A DNA stretch of 64,000 nt, taken from assembly GCA_944322605.1 (NCBI GenBank), contig CALUPD010000040.1, forward strand, positions 9,833 to 73,832. The letters are read 5' to 3'. This document shows, one piece after another, positions 17,796 through 27,334 of the stretch. The position numbers and the translations under genes were made by a program. Under the pieces are notes generated by a model. It was not told where the DNA came from. It saw only the letters and a list, made by a program, of their open reading frames with translations, and did no database searches. The stretch is from an uncultured Bacteroidales bacterium (GTDB lineage Bacteria; Bacteroidota; Bacteroidia; Bacteroidales; UBA932). The first letter of the stretch is position 1, and each line of letters opens with the position of its first letter.

Positions 17796-18896
17796 ATGGC
17801 AAATGTAGGATTCGACGCAAGAAGCGCTTTTATGAATTTCTCCGGGCAGGGGAATTACAGCAGAACATTGATTTCCTCTCTGTCAAGATTTTATGAAGAC
17901 AACGACTATTATCTTTATACACCCGGATACGAAGAAAACAACAATTTCACGTTCGATTTCAAGGACAGGAAAAACGTGTTTGTACGCAAAGGGGAAGAAA
18001 TCTCCTATATGGAACCGGAAACCGTTCTTCGGGACAAGATCGGCCTGTTTCACGGAATAAGGGCCGAACTTCCGGATTTTAAGGGAAAGATAAAAACCGT
18101 CATAAGCATGCATGATACCATCTTCATGCGTTACCCTGAATATTACAGGGCCGATGAACGGGAAAGGCTCGAAATGTCGTTCCGCAAATCATGCATGACG
18201 GCAGACAAAATCTTAGCCATAAGCAGGCAGACCGCCGATGACGTCATCAAGTTCTTCAATGTCCCGGCATCGAAAATAGAAGTCGTCTACCAAGGCTGCG
18301 ACAGGGAATTCTATATCCGGCCTTCCGAAGACGAGATAGCGGCCGCAAAAAGTAAATATTCCCTTCCGGACAAATTCATCCTGAACGTGGGGAAAATCGA
18401 ACCGAGGAAAAACCTTTTGAGCGTAATAAGGGCGATGAAGGAAATCCCGCAGGAATACAGCCTGGTCGCCGTAGGGAAACCGACGCATTATGTCCGCAGC
18501 ATAAAGGCCGCCATACACGAGCTTGGCATGGAAAACAGGGTCAGGCTGATTTTGGATCCTGATTTCAGGGACCTGCCGGCGATTTACGCTTCCGCGCTCA
18601 TAACGACATACGTGTCCTTCTTCGAAGGATTCGGGCTGCCCGTGCTCGAAGCCCTCAGCTGCGGAACGCCGGTCATAACATCAGGCACTTCATCCATGCC
18701 GGAAGCAGGAGGAGACGCGGCAATGTACGTAGAGCCTGCAAACGTGGATGAAATCAGCAGGGCCATACAGCTTCTGATAAATTCCCCCACATCACGCAAA
18801 AGCATGATAGAAAAAGGCTATCTCCAAGCGGCAAAATTCAGGGAAGACATATTCGCAAAGAACGTTTACGAGATTTATTCCGCGCTTCTGAAATAA
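17796..18896 (+). CDS. glycosyltransferase family 1 (GT4-type)
   Basis: C-terminal EGFGLPVLEALSCGTPVITS...S.PE..GDAA motif. Confidence 0.8.
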   Translation: MANVGFDARSAFMNFSGQGNYSRTLISSLSRFYEDNDYYLYTPGYEENNNFTFDFKDRKNVFVRKGEEISYMEPETVLRDKIGLFHGIRAELPDFKGKIKTVISMHDTIFMRYPEYYRADERERLEMSFRKSCMTADKILAISRQTADDVIKFFNVPASKIEVVYQGCDREFYIRPSEDEIAAAKSKYSLPDKFILNVGKIEPRKNLLSVIRAMKEIPQEYSLVAVGKPTHYVRSIKAAIHELGMENRVRLILDPDFRDLPAIYASALITTYVSFFEGFGLPVLEALSCGTPVITSGTSSMPEAGGDAAMYVEPANVDEISRAIQLLINSPTSRKSMIEKGYLQAAKFREDIFAKNVYEIYSALLK

Positions 18897-18926
18897 GGCG
18901 CGGAAACGGCATAAAAACAAAAAGAC

Positions 18927-19523
18927 ATGAGACTGGACAATGACAAGATAACGGATAAAATGGACGAAGAAATAGAAAAAGCCGTGCAGGCCCTGAAAGA
19001 AGGAAAAACCATGCTCTATCCAACGGACACTATCTGGGGAATCGGGTGCGACGCCACGGACCGGCAGGCCGTGGAAAAGGTGTTCGCCCTTAAAAAAAGG
19101 CCGGACAGCAAAAGCCTGATCGTATTGGTTTCCGATGAAAGCATGCTTGAAGAATACGTTGAAGAAGTCCCGCAGATAGCCTATTCCCTCATAGAGGTAA
19201 ACGACAAGCCGATGACGATAATATATCCGAAAGGCAAGGGCCTTGCTGAGAACCTCCTTGCGGAAGACGGTTCTGTCGGAATAAGAATTCCAAAAAGCGA
19301 TTTTTGCATAAGGCTGATAAAGCGTTTCAGAAAACCGATAGTTTCAACCTCCGCAAATATCTCGGGCGAAAAGGCCCCGTCCCGCCACGCCGAAATAAGC
19401 GAAGAAATAACAAATGGCGCGGACTTCTGCGTAAATCCGGCATTCGAAGGGACAAGTTCGCACAAGGCCTCTTCCATAATCAAGCTCGGCTTAAACGGAG
19501 AAATAGAGATCATCAGGAAATAA
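18927..19523 (+). CDS. tsaC: L-threonylcarbamoyladenylate synthase (YrdC/Sua5 domain)
   Basis: LYPTDTIWGIGCDAT, KKRP..KSLIVLV, VSTSANISGE motifs. Confidence 0.85.
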   Translation: MRLDNDKITDKMDEEIEKAVQALKEGKTMLYPTDTIWGIGCDATDRQAVEKVFALKKRPDSKSLIVLVSDESMLEEYVEEVPQIAYSLIEVNDKPMTIIYPKGKGLAENLLAEDGSVGIRIPKSDFCIRLIKRFRKPIVSTSANISGEKAPSRHAEISEEITNGADFCVNPAFEGTSSHKASSIIKLGLNGEIEIIRK

Positions 19524-19590
19524 AGAACCGGACAATTACCCGTCAACCCTCCTCAACAACCTGTTTATCATTAAATATCGGTATGCTATC

Positions 19591-21348
19591 CTACTGCACA
19601 ACATAGCGTTCCAGCTCAGACACAGGCCTGTTGTCGGAACGGCTGCATTTGATCGTCCGCCTTATTATCCGGCCGAAAACGCCGTCCGGGTCCATTGCCA
19701 TTGTCGCAATCGTGGCTGTCGTATCATACGGCATGCTTATGAACGTGTACGGCTTCTCGCTCATCCTTAGCCATGCCCTGTTGAATATTTCCGCGTCCGG
19801 CCAGGACAGCGTATCAGTGGCATCCCCCGGTATTATCTGAGTAAGGAGTTCTTTGGCCGAAGTATTGAAAATATTATCGCATGCCACGAAGCACCTGCCC
19901 CTCGCCTGCTTTTCGGACAAATCCACAAGAGAGCTTTCATAAACCTCGTCGCCGGAAAAGACAGCGACCGGAATTCGTTCATACATGGCATCGGAATAAG
20001 CCAGCTCCGGCGTGACAAAGCGGAAACTGTCATCATAGACCGGAGCGCATTTCCCTGAATACTCATCCACCGCCACCGCAAACAGCACGTACTCCGTGTT
20101 CTCCTCCAACGGATAATATTTCTTTTCCACAGTCCCTCTCGAAGCCGCTGACCTTACCCTGTCATATGCAGAACCGCCAATGGAGAAAGCACATGCCTGT
20201 GCATCCGTTCCGCACGCGGCAGAATCAAACAAGAATGAAACATCAACGCAATCTCCGGAGAGGAGATCCAAGGACGGGCAGACTGCATTTGGACCGTAAA
20301 GGACAGACGACGCCGGATCAGGCCCTCCGTCATCGGGAAATGCCTCAACGCAAGCATTTTCTTTAAAAAACCCGCCGCCAGCATCCGACAATTCCTCTTC
20401 TATCCTGGAAATGACCTCGTCCGGATCATACCCGTCAGCCTTCACCGCTTTCGTAACATAATAGGCCCGGGGGTCGGATGGGACCGTCCTGATCATCGCC
20501 GTATGGGCAGGCATGACGGCTTCCATGCCGGTGCTTGAGAAACTCACATCTTCAAGGACGGCCCTGTCGCATGTCCGGAACCGGACGGAAGAAATATCCG
20601 TCGTCACATGTCCCCGATAATATCCGAATGTCAAAAACACATATTCCTTGGAAGGTTCAAGTCCTCCGAACCCTGTTTTCAGATCCATATAATATTCCGG
20701 CATTTGAACGCCAGATCCGATGACTTCTGCAACCACCTGCCCGTAATCCTGCCCTTCTATCGATTCCGCTTCCGCAAGGACATACGAATAAGGGTCATGC
20801 TGCCTTGAAGGAAACGTGGAAACCTCGGCTGAATCCTGAAGCAAAGTTCCTAATTCCGGAACGACACGCATGTCATATTTGTCAGGAAGAGCTTCCGTGG
20901 ATATTTCGAGCCTGCTTATTTCGCCGAGAGGATTTCCCTTATCGTCCGAATAATACGCCGCGACTACGTAATCGCATGACGGATCGAGGCTTCTGAAAAA
21001 TCCGCTCAGGTTTCCAGCAAGCAATTTGGTTTTCACATAATCATTGAAATACTCCCCCGCGCTGTCGGCTTCTTCCCGTATACGGTCAATGATGAAACCG
21101 GACAATTCCCTGTCGTCCATGCCGGAAACATCTTCCGCCTTCAAAATACGGATCATATATTTCGAATAATACCTCGGGCTTTCCGTATCGACGCATGCCG
21201 AAGCGAACCCGGTCTCCGCAGGTATCAGAACGATTTGCCCGTCATCCGACGGACCAGTCCCGTTACTGCGGCAAGACTGCGTTGCTGCAACAAGCAATGC
21301 CGCCGCGACAATGACAAGCCGCTTCCCGAAGATTTTCATAAACTGCAT
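19591..21348 (-). CDS. lipoprotein with Fn3-like repeats, hypothetical
   Basis: Lipobox LVAATQSC. Modules with PSKEYVFLTFGYY and LEENTEYVLFAVAVDEYSG resemble those of the operon at 6337-11548. Confidence 0.5.
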   Translation of the reverse strand: MQFMKIFGKRLVIVAAALLVAATQSCRSNGTGPSDDGQIVLIPAETGFASACVDTESPRYYSKYMIRILKAEDVSGMDDRELSGFIIDRIREEADSAGEYFNDYVKTKLLAGNLSGFFRSLDPSCDYVVAAYYSDDKGNPLGEISRLEISTEALPDKYDMRVVPELGTLLQDSAEVSTFPSRQHDPYSYVLAEAESIEGQDYGQVVAEVIGSGVQMPEYYMDLKTGFGGLEPSKEYVFLTFGYYRGHVTTDISSVRFRTCDRAVLEDVSFSSTGMEAVMPAHTAMIRTVPSDPRAYYVTKAVKADGYDPDEVISRIEEELSDAGGGFFKENACVEAFPDDGGPDPASSVLYGPNAVCPSLDLLSGDCVDVSFLFDSAACGTDAQACAFSIGGSAYDRVRSAASRGTVEKKYYPLEENTEYVLFAVAVDEYSGKCAPVYDDSFRFVTPELAYSDAMYERIPVAVFSGDEVYESSLVDLSEKQARGRCFVACDNIFNTSAKELLTQIIPGDATDTLSWPDAEIFNRAWLRMSEKPYTFISMPYDTTATIATMAMDPDGVFGRIIRRTIKCSRSDNRPVSELERYVVQ

Positions 21349-21375
21349 AACGACATATCCATGACAGACTGATTC

Positions 21376-22566
21376 TCATTTGCGAAGCCAAAGCTCGGGA
21401 TTCTGCTTTTCGGTGCCCTTCCACAATTCAAAATGCAACAGGGAATTGCCGTCTTCCACATCGGCCACCCCTATTACTCCGCCGGTCCTTACATTCTGCC
21501 CGGCCTTCACCGAAACCTCCTTCAACTTGCAATAGAACGTAAAATACGAGCCGTGCTGCACAAGAACGCATTGGTTATAGCCTGGTATCACAAGAATCTG
21601 CTTGACTACTCCGTCGAAGACAGCCTTCACGCGGGAACCCGCCGGAGCCGAAATGTTCACCCCGTTATTATACGGCATCTTTATGTTTTTGAACACAGGA
21701 TGGTTATGCTGCCCGAATTTCTCCACGACAACGCCTCCGTCCACAGGCCACGGCAACCGTCCCTTATTAGAGGCGAACTCGCCCGAAAGCTTGTAATCAG
21801 CCGCCACGGCCTTTTTGGAAGCCGCCCTCTGCTGCTCTTCCTTGGCCTTTCTTACGGCCTCGGCGATAATCCGTTCTATTTCCTTATTGAGCTTTTCCGT
21901 TTCCTTCCTCTTTGCAGCCATTTTTTTCTTCAGCTCCTTTTCCTTACCGGCAAGCGATTTTATCACTTTGTCCGTTTCCTTCTGCGCTGCCTTTAGCTGC
22001 TCGTACTCCTTGTTCTGCTTTTCCCTTTCCTTGGACGCGTCTATCCTCAGCTGGTCCAGATTCGCCTTGGCCTGTTCAAGAGCGGCATGCTTCTCTTTCA
22101 ATTCGCTCGTCTTGTCTCTAAGGGACGTGGACAACGCCTGAAGGTATTTCCACCTCCTGTATCCCTCATTGATGCCGTCACTGGCAAGAATATATACGAA
22201 CCACACCTTGGAATCCCTTATCTTGTATGATTCGCGCACCAGTTTGCCGAAACGGGACTTCATCGTGTCCAATTCCCTGGAAGTACGCGCGATTTCCGAC
22301 TGCTTCAATAAAATCTGCCTGTCGTACTCCTTTATGGCGGCATCGAGCTGCGAGATTATGGCCTCCCTGTTCGCCACTTTCTTCTTCAAAAGCGAAAGTT
22401 CGGCCATATTGGACTTCTGAGCCTTTCTGTTAGCGGAAAGCTGCGTGTCTATGAGCGATATTTCCTTTTCTATCCTTGCGATTTCCGCACGCTGCCTGCT
22501 CACATCCTGCGCGTGGACGGCCACAGAGAAGAAAATTAAAAACAAAGGCAGTATCGACTTTTTCAT
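21376..22566 (-). CDS. M23 family peptidase / EnvC-like murein hydrolase activator
   Basis: Signal peptide, long coiled coil, C-terminal LytM/M23 domain (GVNISAPAGSRVKAVFDGVV...HGSYFTFY...LHFELW). Confidence 0.8.
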   Translation of the reverse strand: MKKSILPLFLIFFSVAVHAQDVSRQRAEIARIEKEISLIDTQLSANRKAQKSNMAELSLLKKKVANREAIISQLDAAIKEYDRQILLKQSEIARTSRELDTMKSRFGKLVRESYKIRDSKVWFVYILASDGINEGYRRWKYLQALSTSLRDKTSELKEKHAALEQAKANLDQLRIDASKEREKQNKEYEQLKAAQKETDKVIKSLAGKEKELKKKMAAKRKETEKLNKEIERIIAEAVRKAKEEQQRAASKKAVAADYKLSGEFASNKGRLPWPVDGGVVVEKFGQHNHPVFKNIKMPYNNGVNISAPAGSRVKAVFDGVVKQILVIPGYNQCVLVQHGSYFTFYCKLKEVSVKAGQNVRTGGVIGVADVEDGNSLLHFELWKGTEKQNPELWLRK

Positions 22567-22571
22567 GGCTG

Positions 22572-24317
22572 TTATTTTTTTCCGGAACCGGTTTCCGACG
22601 CCTGTCTTGTTTTCATTTCAGCTTTTCTGGCATCGAGTTTATCCTTGATTCCCATTGACGGGTCTTTCATGTCGGCCTGCATCCAGTACATGTACGCCAT
22701 GTCGTATTCCCCGAGAGAATACAGGATTTCGGCGTAATGATCGAGAAGGTCAGCCTGTTCGTTGCCGCCGTAAAGCATCGCGTGCTTTAGCATTGCCTTT
22801 GCCTCGATGTCCCGGCCCATCAGATGGAGAATCCATGCGAAAGTATCGAGATAGACAGGATTGTCAGGCTCGGCATCGACAGTGGCCTTGCTCATCGTAT
22901 AGGCTTTCTTCAGTTTTTTATTTTCCAATGCCAAGAAATAGGCGTAGTTGTTCAGGACTGCATAATTGCCGGGATCTATCCTCAACGCTTTTTCGTAATA
23001 CCTTGAAGTCTTTACGGCATCCCCTGTTTCCATATACAGGTCTCCGAGAGAAGCGTATGCCGCCAGCATCGACGAAGTGTCCTTCCTTTCCTTTACTATC
23101 GGAAGCATGGCCTGGTACATGACTATCGCGCTGTCCGCATCCTGTAGCCTCCAGCATGCCACGGCTTTGAGCTGCATGAAATCCGTATTGTCCGGATCGG
23201 CTTTCAAAGCTTCCCCCGCCGCATCGTTCAAAGCCTTCCAGTCGGATGTGAAATACAGTATCGAAAGATAATAGAACCTGTTATTGATATTTCCCGGATA
23301 CGCTTCCATGTCATTGCGGGCTATTTCCAGGCCTTTGGCGACACGGCCTGTCTGCACGAAATAGGAAGACGAGAATCTCGACACGACCGAATCCCTCGGA
23401 GAAAGCGAATATATGTTCATGACCACAGTGTCGAGCTGCTTGCGGAACATTCCGGCAAAGTTCGGAGACTGGAGCACCGTGCTTAAATAGCCTATTTTCA
23501 CCTGGGGATCGATCTTGTCCGATTTCACGAACATGTTCAGATTCCTGAAAAAGCCTGCATAATCCTGCCGCATCCTCCCGACTTCAGCCATTCCGTAATA
23601 TGCAGGAGCATACTCTGGATCAAGTTCTATGGCCCTTTGATAGCAGGACATCGCAAGGCTGTCCGCATATCTTTCCGCATGCATGTCTCCCTCGAAAGTC
23701 AGCACGCGGGGAGTAGGTATTTCCGAAGCAAGCTGCTGCACGTATTCATAAGCCTCGTTATACTTTCCGCTGTTAAGATACAGAGTAAGCCGTGTCACGC
23801 CCGTAGCCTCGCTTTTTCCGCTAACGGTTTCTATTTCATCGAGAATGCGCATTGAATTGCCGTAATCATTCTTCTGCATGTACAAATCGCCCAATGCCAT
23901 ATATACGTCATACTTGTCCGGATGGGCGTTTTTGATCTGCTCGTATATGCCGATTGCCTTGTCGGTGTCGTTCATTGACAAATACAACTGCGCAAGCCTC
24001 AGCTTGTACCAGTAATTATCCGGGTCTATTCCGATTGCACGGTCGAGCAAAAGGGCCGCATCGGTGACATTCTGCTCGAACAACGCTATGTTGGCAAGAT
24101 AAAAATAAGAAGCGTCGTCTTCCGGGTTCGAAGAAACCAATTCCGTGAATATCCTCTTGGCCTTTTGCACGTTCCCGGAAATATAGGCCCTGTGCGCTTC
24201 GAAAAAGTCCGGTCCCGTCTTTTTTTCCGGTTCGCCGGCAATGCAAAGCCCTCCTGCCAAAACCGACACAAGAGCCGTAAAAACATATTTTTTCAGACCT
24301 GTCATAAAATTCATCAA
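22572..24317 (-). CDS. tetratricopeptide (TPR) repeat protein
   Basis: Many 34-aa TPR-like repeats (A..Y..AL..DP.N..A..). Confidence 0.75.
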   Translation of the reverse strand: MMNFMTGLKKYVFTALVSVLAGGLCIAGEPEKKTGPDFFEAHRAYISGNVQKAKRIFTELVSSNPEDDASYFYLANIALFEQNVTDAALLLDRAIGIDPDNYWYKLRLAQLYLSMNDTDKAIGIYEQIKNAHPDKYDVYMALGDLYMQKNDYGNSMRILDEIETVSGKSEATGVTRLTLYLNSGKYNEAYEYVQQLASEIPTPRVLTFEGDMHAERYADSLAMSCYQRAIELDPEYAPAYYGMAEVGRMRQDYAGFFRNLNMFVKSDKIDPQVKIGYLSTVLQSPNFAGMFRKQLDTVVMNIYSLSPRDSVVSRFSSSYFVQTGRVAKGLEIARNDMEAYPGNINNRFYYLSILYFTSDWKALNDAAGEALKADPDNTDFMQLKAVACWRLQDADSAIVMYQAMLPIVKERKDTSSMLAAYASLGDLYMETGDAVKTSRYYEKALRIDPGNYAVLNNYAYFLALENKKLKKAYTMSKATVDAEPDNPVYLDTFAWILHLMGRDIEAKAMLKHAMLYGGNEQADLLDHYAEILYSLGEYDMAYMYWMQADMKDPSMGIKDKLDARKAEMKTRQASETGSGKK

Positions 24318-24322
24318 TTGGA

Positions 24323-25075
24323 CTAAATGAACGATTTCAACTTCTTTGCCATATTTGACGCGAACACGAAATCATTAAGTTCCTTGCAGTCCGAAGAAAG
24401 TATATTGTCCTTGGTTCCTTCCCACAATTTTTCCCCTTTGTAGATAAAGCATATCTTGTCGCCTATCTCCATTATCGAATTCATGTCATGGGTATTGATT
24501 ATGGTAGTTATATTGTATTCTTTCGTTATTTCCCTGATCAGCTGGTCTATCACTATCGATGTCGTCGGATCGAGACCCGAATTCGGCTCGTCGCAGAAAA
24601 GATATTCAGGATTAAGGGCAATAGCCCTTGCTATGCCGACCCTCTTCTGCATGCCTCCGCTAAGCTCGGAAGGATATTTTTTGTTGGCATTTTCGAGATT
24701 GACCCTTTTCAGGCAGAAATTTGCCCTGTCCAATTTCTGCTGCCTGCTCCAGTCGGTAAAGAAGTCCATGGGGAACATTATGTTTTCCTCCACCGTGGCG
24801 AAATCGAACAACGCGCTCCCCTGAAAAAGCATTCCAGCCTTTCTGCGCAGCTTTTTCTTCTCTTCCAGCGGCAGGGAGGAATATTCCACGTCCCCGTACC
24901 ATATTTCCCCGGAATCCGGAGAATGCAGGCCGACTATGGATTTAAGCAGGACCGTTTTTCCCGATCCGCTCGCTCCGATGATCATGGAACAGTCGCCTTG
25001 TTTGTAATCAATCGATATGTCTTTCAATACCTGCTTTCCGTCGAAACTCTTGCACAGGTTCTTTACGCTAATCAT
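24323..25075 (-). CDS. mlaF: ABC transporter ATP-binding protein, MlaF-like
   Basis: Walker A GASGSGKT, signature LSGGMQKRV, Walker B LFCDEP. Confidence 0.8.
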   Translation of the reverse strand: MISVKNLCKSFDGKQVLKDISIDYKQGDCSMIIGASGSGKTVLLKSIVGLHSPDSGEIWYGDVEYSSLPLEEKKKLRRKAGMLFQGSALFDFATVEENIMFPMDFFTDWSRQQKLDRANFCLKRVNLENANKKYPSELSGGMQKRVGIARAIALNPEYLFCDEPNSGLDPTTSIVIDQLIREITKEYNITTIINTHDMNSIMEIGDKICFIYKGEKLWEGTKDNILSSDCKELNDFVFASNMAKKLKSFI

Positions 25076-25119
25076 AATCTATGTATTTCATCAATTCGCA
25101 AATGCCGCCGCAGGGGCTG

Positions 25120-25869
25120 TCATATCATCAGCTGCGTGAGCATCAGGTTTGAAACAAGGATAAGCCCGCTGCTTATGACAATGGCCGTAGTGCTCGATTT
25201 CCCCACTCCGAGAGAGCCGCCTACGGCATAGTACCCGAAATATGCCGAGACAGACGTGATTATAAAGCTGAACACCGACATTTTCACCATGCTGTAGAAA
25301 ATGTAATAGGTATTGAAGCAAAACATAAGCCCGTCCATATACGCCGAAAAATTGATAATTCCCGTTATCAGCACTATCAACCCTCCGCCGACCAGCCCGA
25401 GCATATAGCTCATCAGCATCAGAAGGGGATTGAAAAGGACCGTAGAACATATTTTCGGGAGTATGAGGTACCCGGCCGAGTTGACGCCCATTATTTCCAT
25501 CGCGTCAATTTGCTCCGTAATGCGCATGCTGCCGAGCTCGGACGCTATGTTCGACCCGACCTTGCCTGCAAGAATCAGGGCCACCATTGTGGAACAGAAT
25601 TCCAGCACGAGGCTCTCGCGTGTCAGATAGCCGACATACATCTTGGGAATAAACGGATTCTCAAGATTATTAGCCGACTGGATGACAAGGACCGCGCCTA
25701 TGAACACCGAAATTATGGCTACTATCGGAATCGAGTTTATGACGAGCTTGTCGGCTTCGTTAAAAAACTGCTTCCTGAAAATCGACCATTTTTCAGGACG
25801 GCTGAAAACCCTGCGCATCAGAATGCAGTATTCGCCGCATTTTTCCAGTATGTTTCCCAAATAGCCCAT
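25120..25869 (-). CDS. mlaE: ABC transporter permease, MlaE family
   Basis: About 250-aa multi-TM protein with SELGSMRITEQIDAMEIMG (the MlaE/Ttg2B signature). Confidence 0.8.
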   Translation of the reverse strand: MGYLGNILEKCGEYCILMRRVFSRPEKWSIFRKQFFNEADKLVINSIPIVAIISVFIGAVLVIQSANNLENPFIPKMYVGYLTRESLVLEFCSTMVALILAGKVGSNIASELGSMRITEQIDAMEIMGVNSAGYLILPKICSTVLFNPLLMLMSYMLGLVGGGLIVLITGIINFSAYMDGLMFCFNTYYIFYSMVKMSVFSFIITSVSAYFGYYAVGGSLGVGKSSTTAIVISSGLILVSNLMLTQLMI

Positions 25870-27110
25870 TATCTTCTGATTTTATGCACGGAAGATTTCT
25901 TCCTGCGCATTTTGCTTCTTGCATAAAGATACGCGGCGGCAAGGCATGCTATTATGATGCCTATCTTCAGATTCGTCTTCCAAGCCGACTTTTCGACATA
26001 TGGCATATCAGGCTTCGAACCGTCTTCCGACCTGAGCACAGGATTGAAAAGGAGAAGCCCGCCGTCTTCAAGTCCGGCCTCGATTCTTACATATGTCTCG
26101 TCATCGGTAATGGAATAACCGGCATTGTCGGAATCCTGCACCTTGTGCAGCAATTTTCCGCCATCGCCTATGAACCTGATTTCCGCAGCGGGGCTGCTGA
26201 GCACGATGGAAAGGGAATCGTCCTTGACCGATATCGCTTTCGGCACCGGATACGAAGCGACCCTTTCAGCCTTCACGGCCCTGCTTTCATTGATCACGTC
26301 CCTTGAGACATCTATGCCGTAAGAAGCCCCGTTCCTCAATGTCGAATAAATGAACCTTGCATATTTCGCGCTATGGGGAACCATGGTCACCTTTCTCGAC
26401 AGATCCCTGTTCTTGAACACGTCATGAGTATCATCGCTTGCCAGCAGGAATGCGGGATGCCCCGACGAAAGGGCTATGTCCCAATAGTCTATGGAATTCT
26501 TGAACGAATTAAGGACTTCTATCAGGTCGTATCCGCCTATCTTCGTCATGTCCTTTTCCGTAAATCCCCCTTCCCATTTAGGATGGGCAAGCGCGATTAT
26601 CTCATTGTATTTCCTGTTCCTGTTGATCCTGTCCTGCTTCATATTGGCTCCTTGCACAAAAGGCTGGTCTATGTACACGGGATCATACGAGCCTATGAAA
26701 AGCAGGTGCGTTTTTAATATGTTTATGCCGTACTCCTGCGCCGGCACGAAAGGATACCCGGAAAGGGCCTCTTCGGTTATGCTCTGGTAATTGGAGAGAG
26801 TCATGAACTCGTATCCCATTTCCCTGTAAGCATTGAACACTTCCGCAGGGGAATTGTTCCTCCCGTTGGCAATCTTTCCCCACCTGTCGGAATGGGCATG
26901 GAAATTGGCCTTGTACCATTTCACGGAATCAAGCCCGTTATAAGGATTGTACCAGTTTTCTCCATGGAACTTGGCCGGTTCGGGAAAATCATAGACAGGA
27001 GTCCTTGCCCAGACGAACAACGAGAAGATTATGACAATCGACAAAACGGCTATCACAAGCCCGGCAAGATACATTCCTGCTCTTTTTAATATATGAACGA
27101 ACATTTCCAT
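25869..27110 (-). CDS. membrane-anchored PHP-like metal-dependent phosphoesterase (putative)
   Basis: N-terminal TM helix. His-rich motifs NFHAHSD, LAHPKW and SDDTHD are compatible with a PHP/CehA-like fold. Its stop overlaps the mlaE start (TAATG). Start moved to the ATG at 27110. Confidence 0.45.
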   Translation of the reverse strand: MEMFVHILKRAGMYLAGLVIAVLSIVIIFSLFVWARTPVYDFPEPAKFHGENWYNPYNGLDSVKWYKANFHAHSDRWGKIANGRNNSPAEVFNAYREMGYEFMTLSNYQSITEEALSGYPFVPAQEYGINILKTHLLFIGSYDPVYIDQPFVQGANMKQDRINRNRKYNEIIALAHPKWEGGFTEKDMTKIGGYDLIEVLNSFKNSIDYWDIALSSGHPAFLLASDDTHDVFKNRDLSRKVTMVPHSAKYARFIYSTLRNGASYGIDVSRDVINESRAVKAERVASYPVPKAISVKDDSLSIVLSSPAAEIRFIGDGGKLLHKVQDSDNAGYSITDDETYVRIEAGLEDGGLLLFNPVLRSEDGSKPDMPYVEKSAWKTNLKIGIIIACLAAAYLYARSKMRRKKSSVHKIRR

Positions 27111-27334
27111 ATTTTTCAAAATTATTGAATGACAGTGCAAAGATACGCAGAAGCCGGATGCAATGCAAACGAACCTGCCCGATTTACATTGCCGAACCGC
27201 AACCGCATGAATGCCGAAGACAAATATAGGCTAATTTATTGTAGAATTCTTTAATAAAAAGAAAAATAAATCCGAGGGGCGGCCCTATGCCGGATGCGGT
27301 TTGCGATTAGCTTTGCGGGAAAAACCTATACAAA

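Noticed and set aside
24488-25231. 247-aa + strand ORF
   Set aside because: It is antisense to mlaF and mlaE, both of which have clear ABC motifs.
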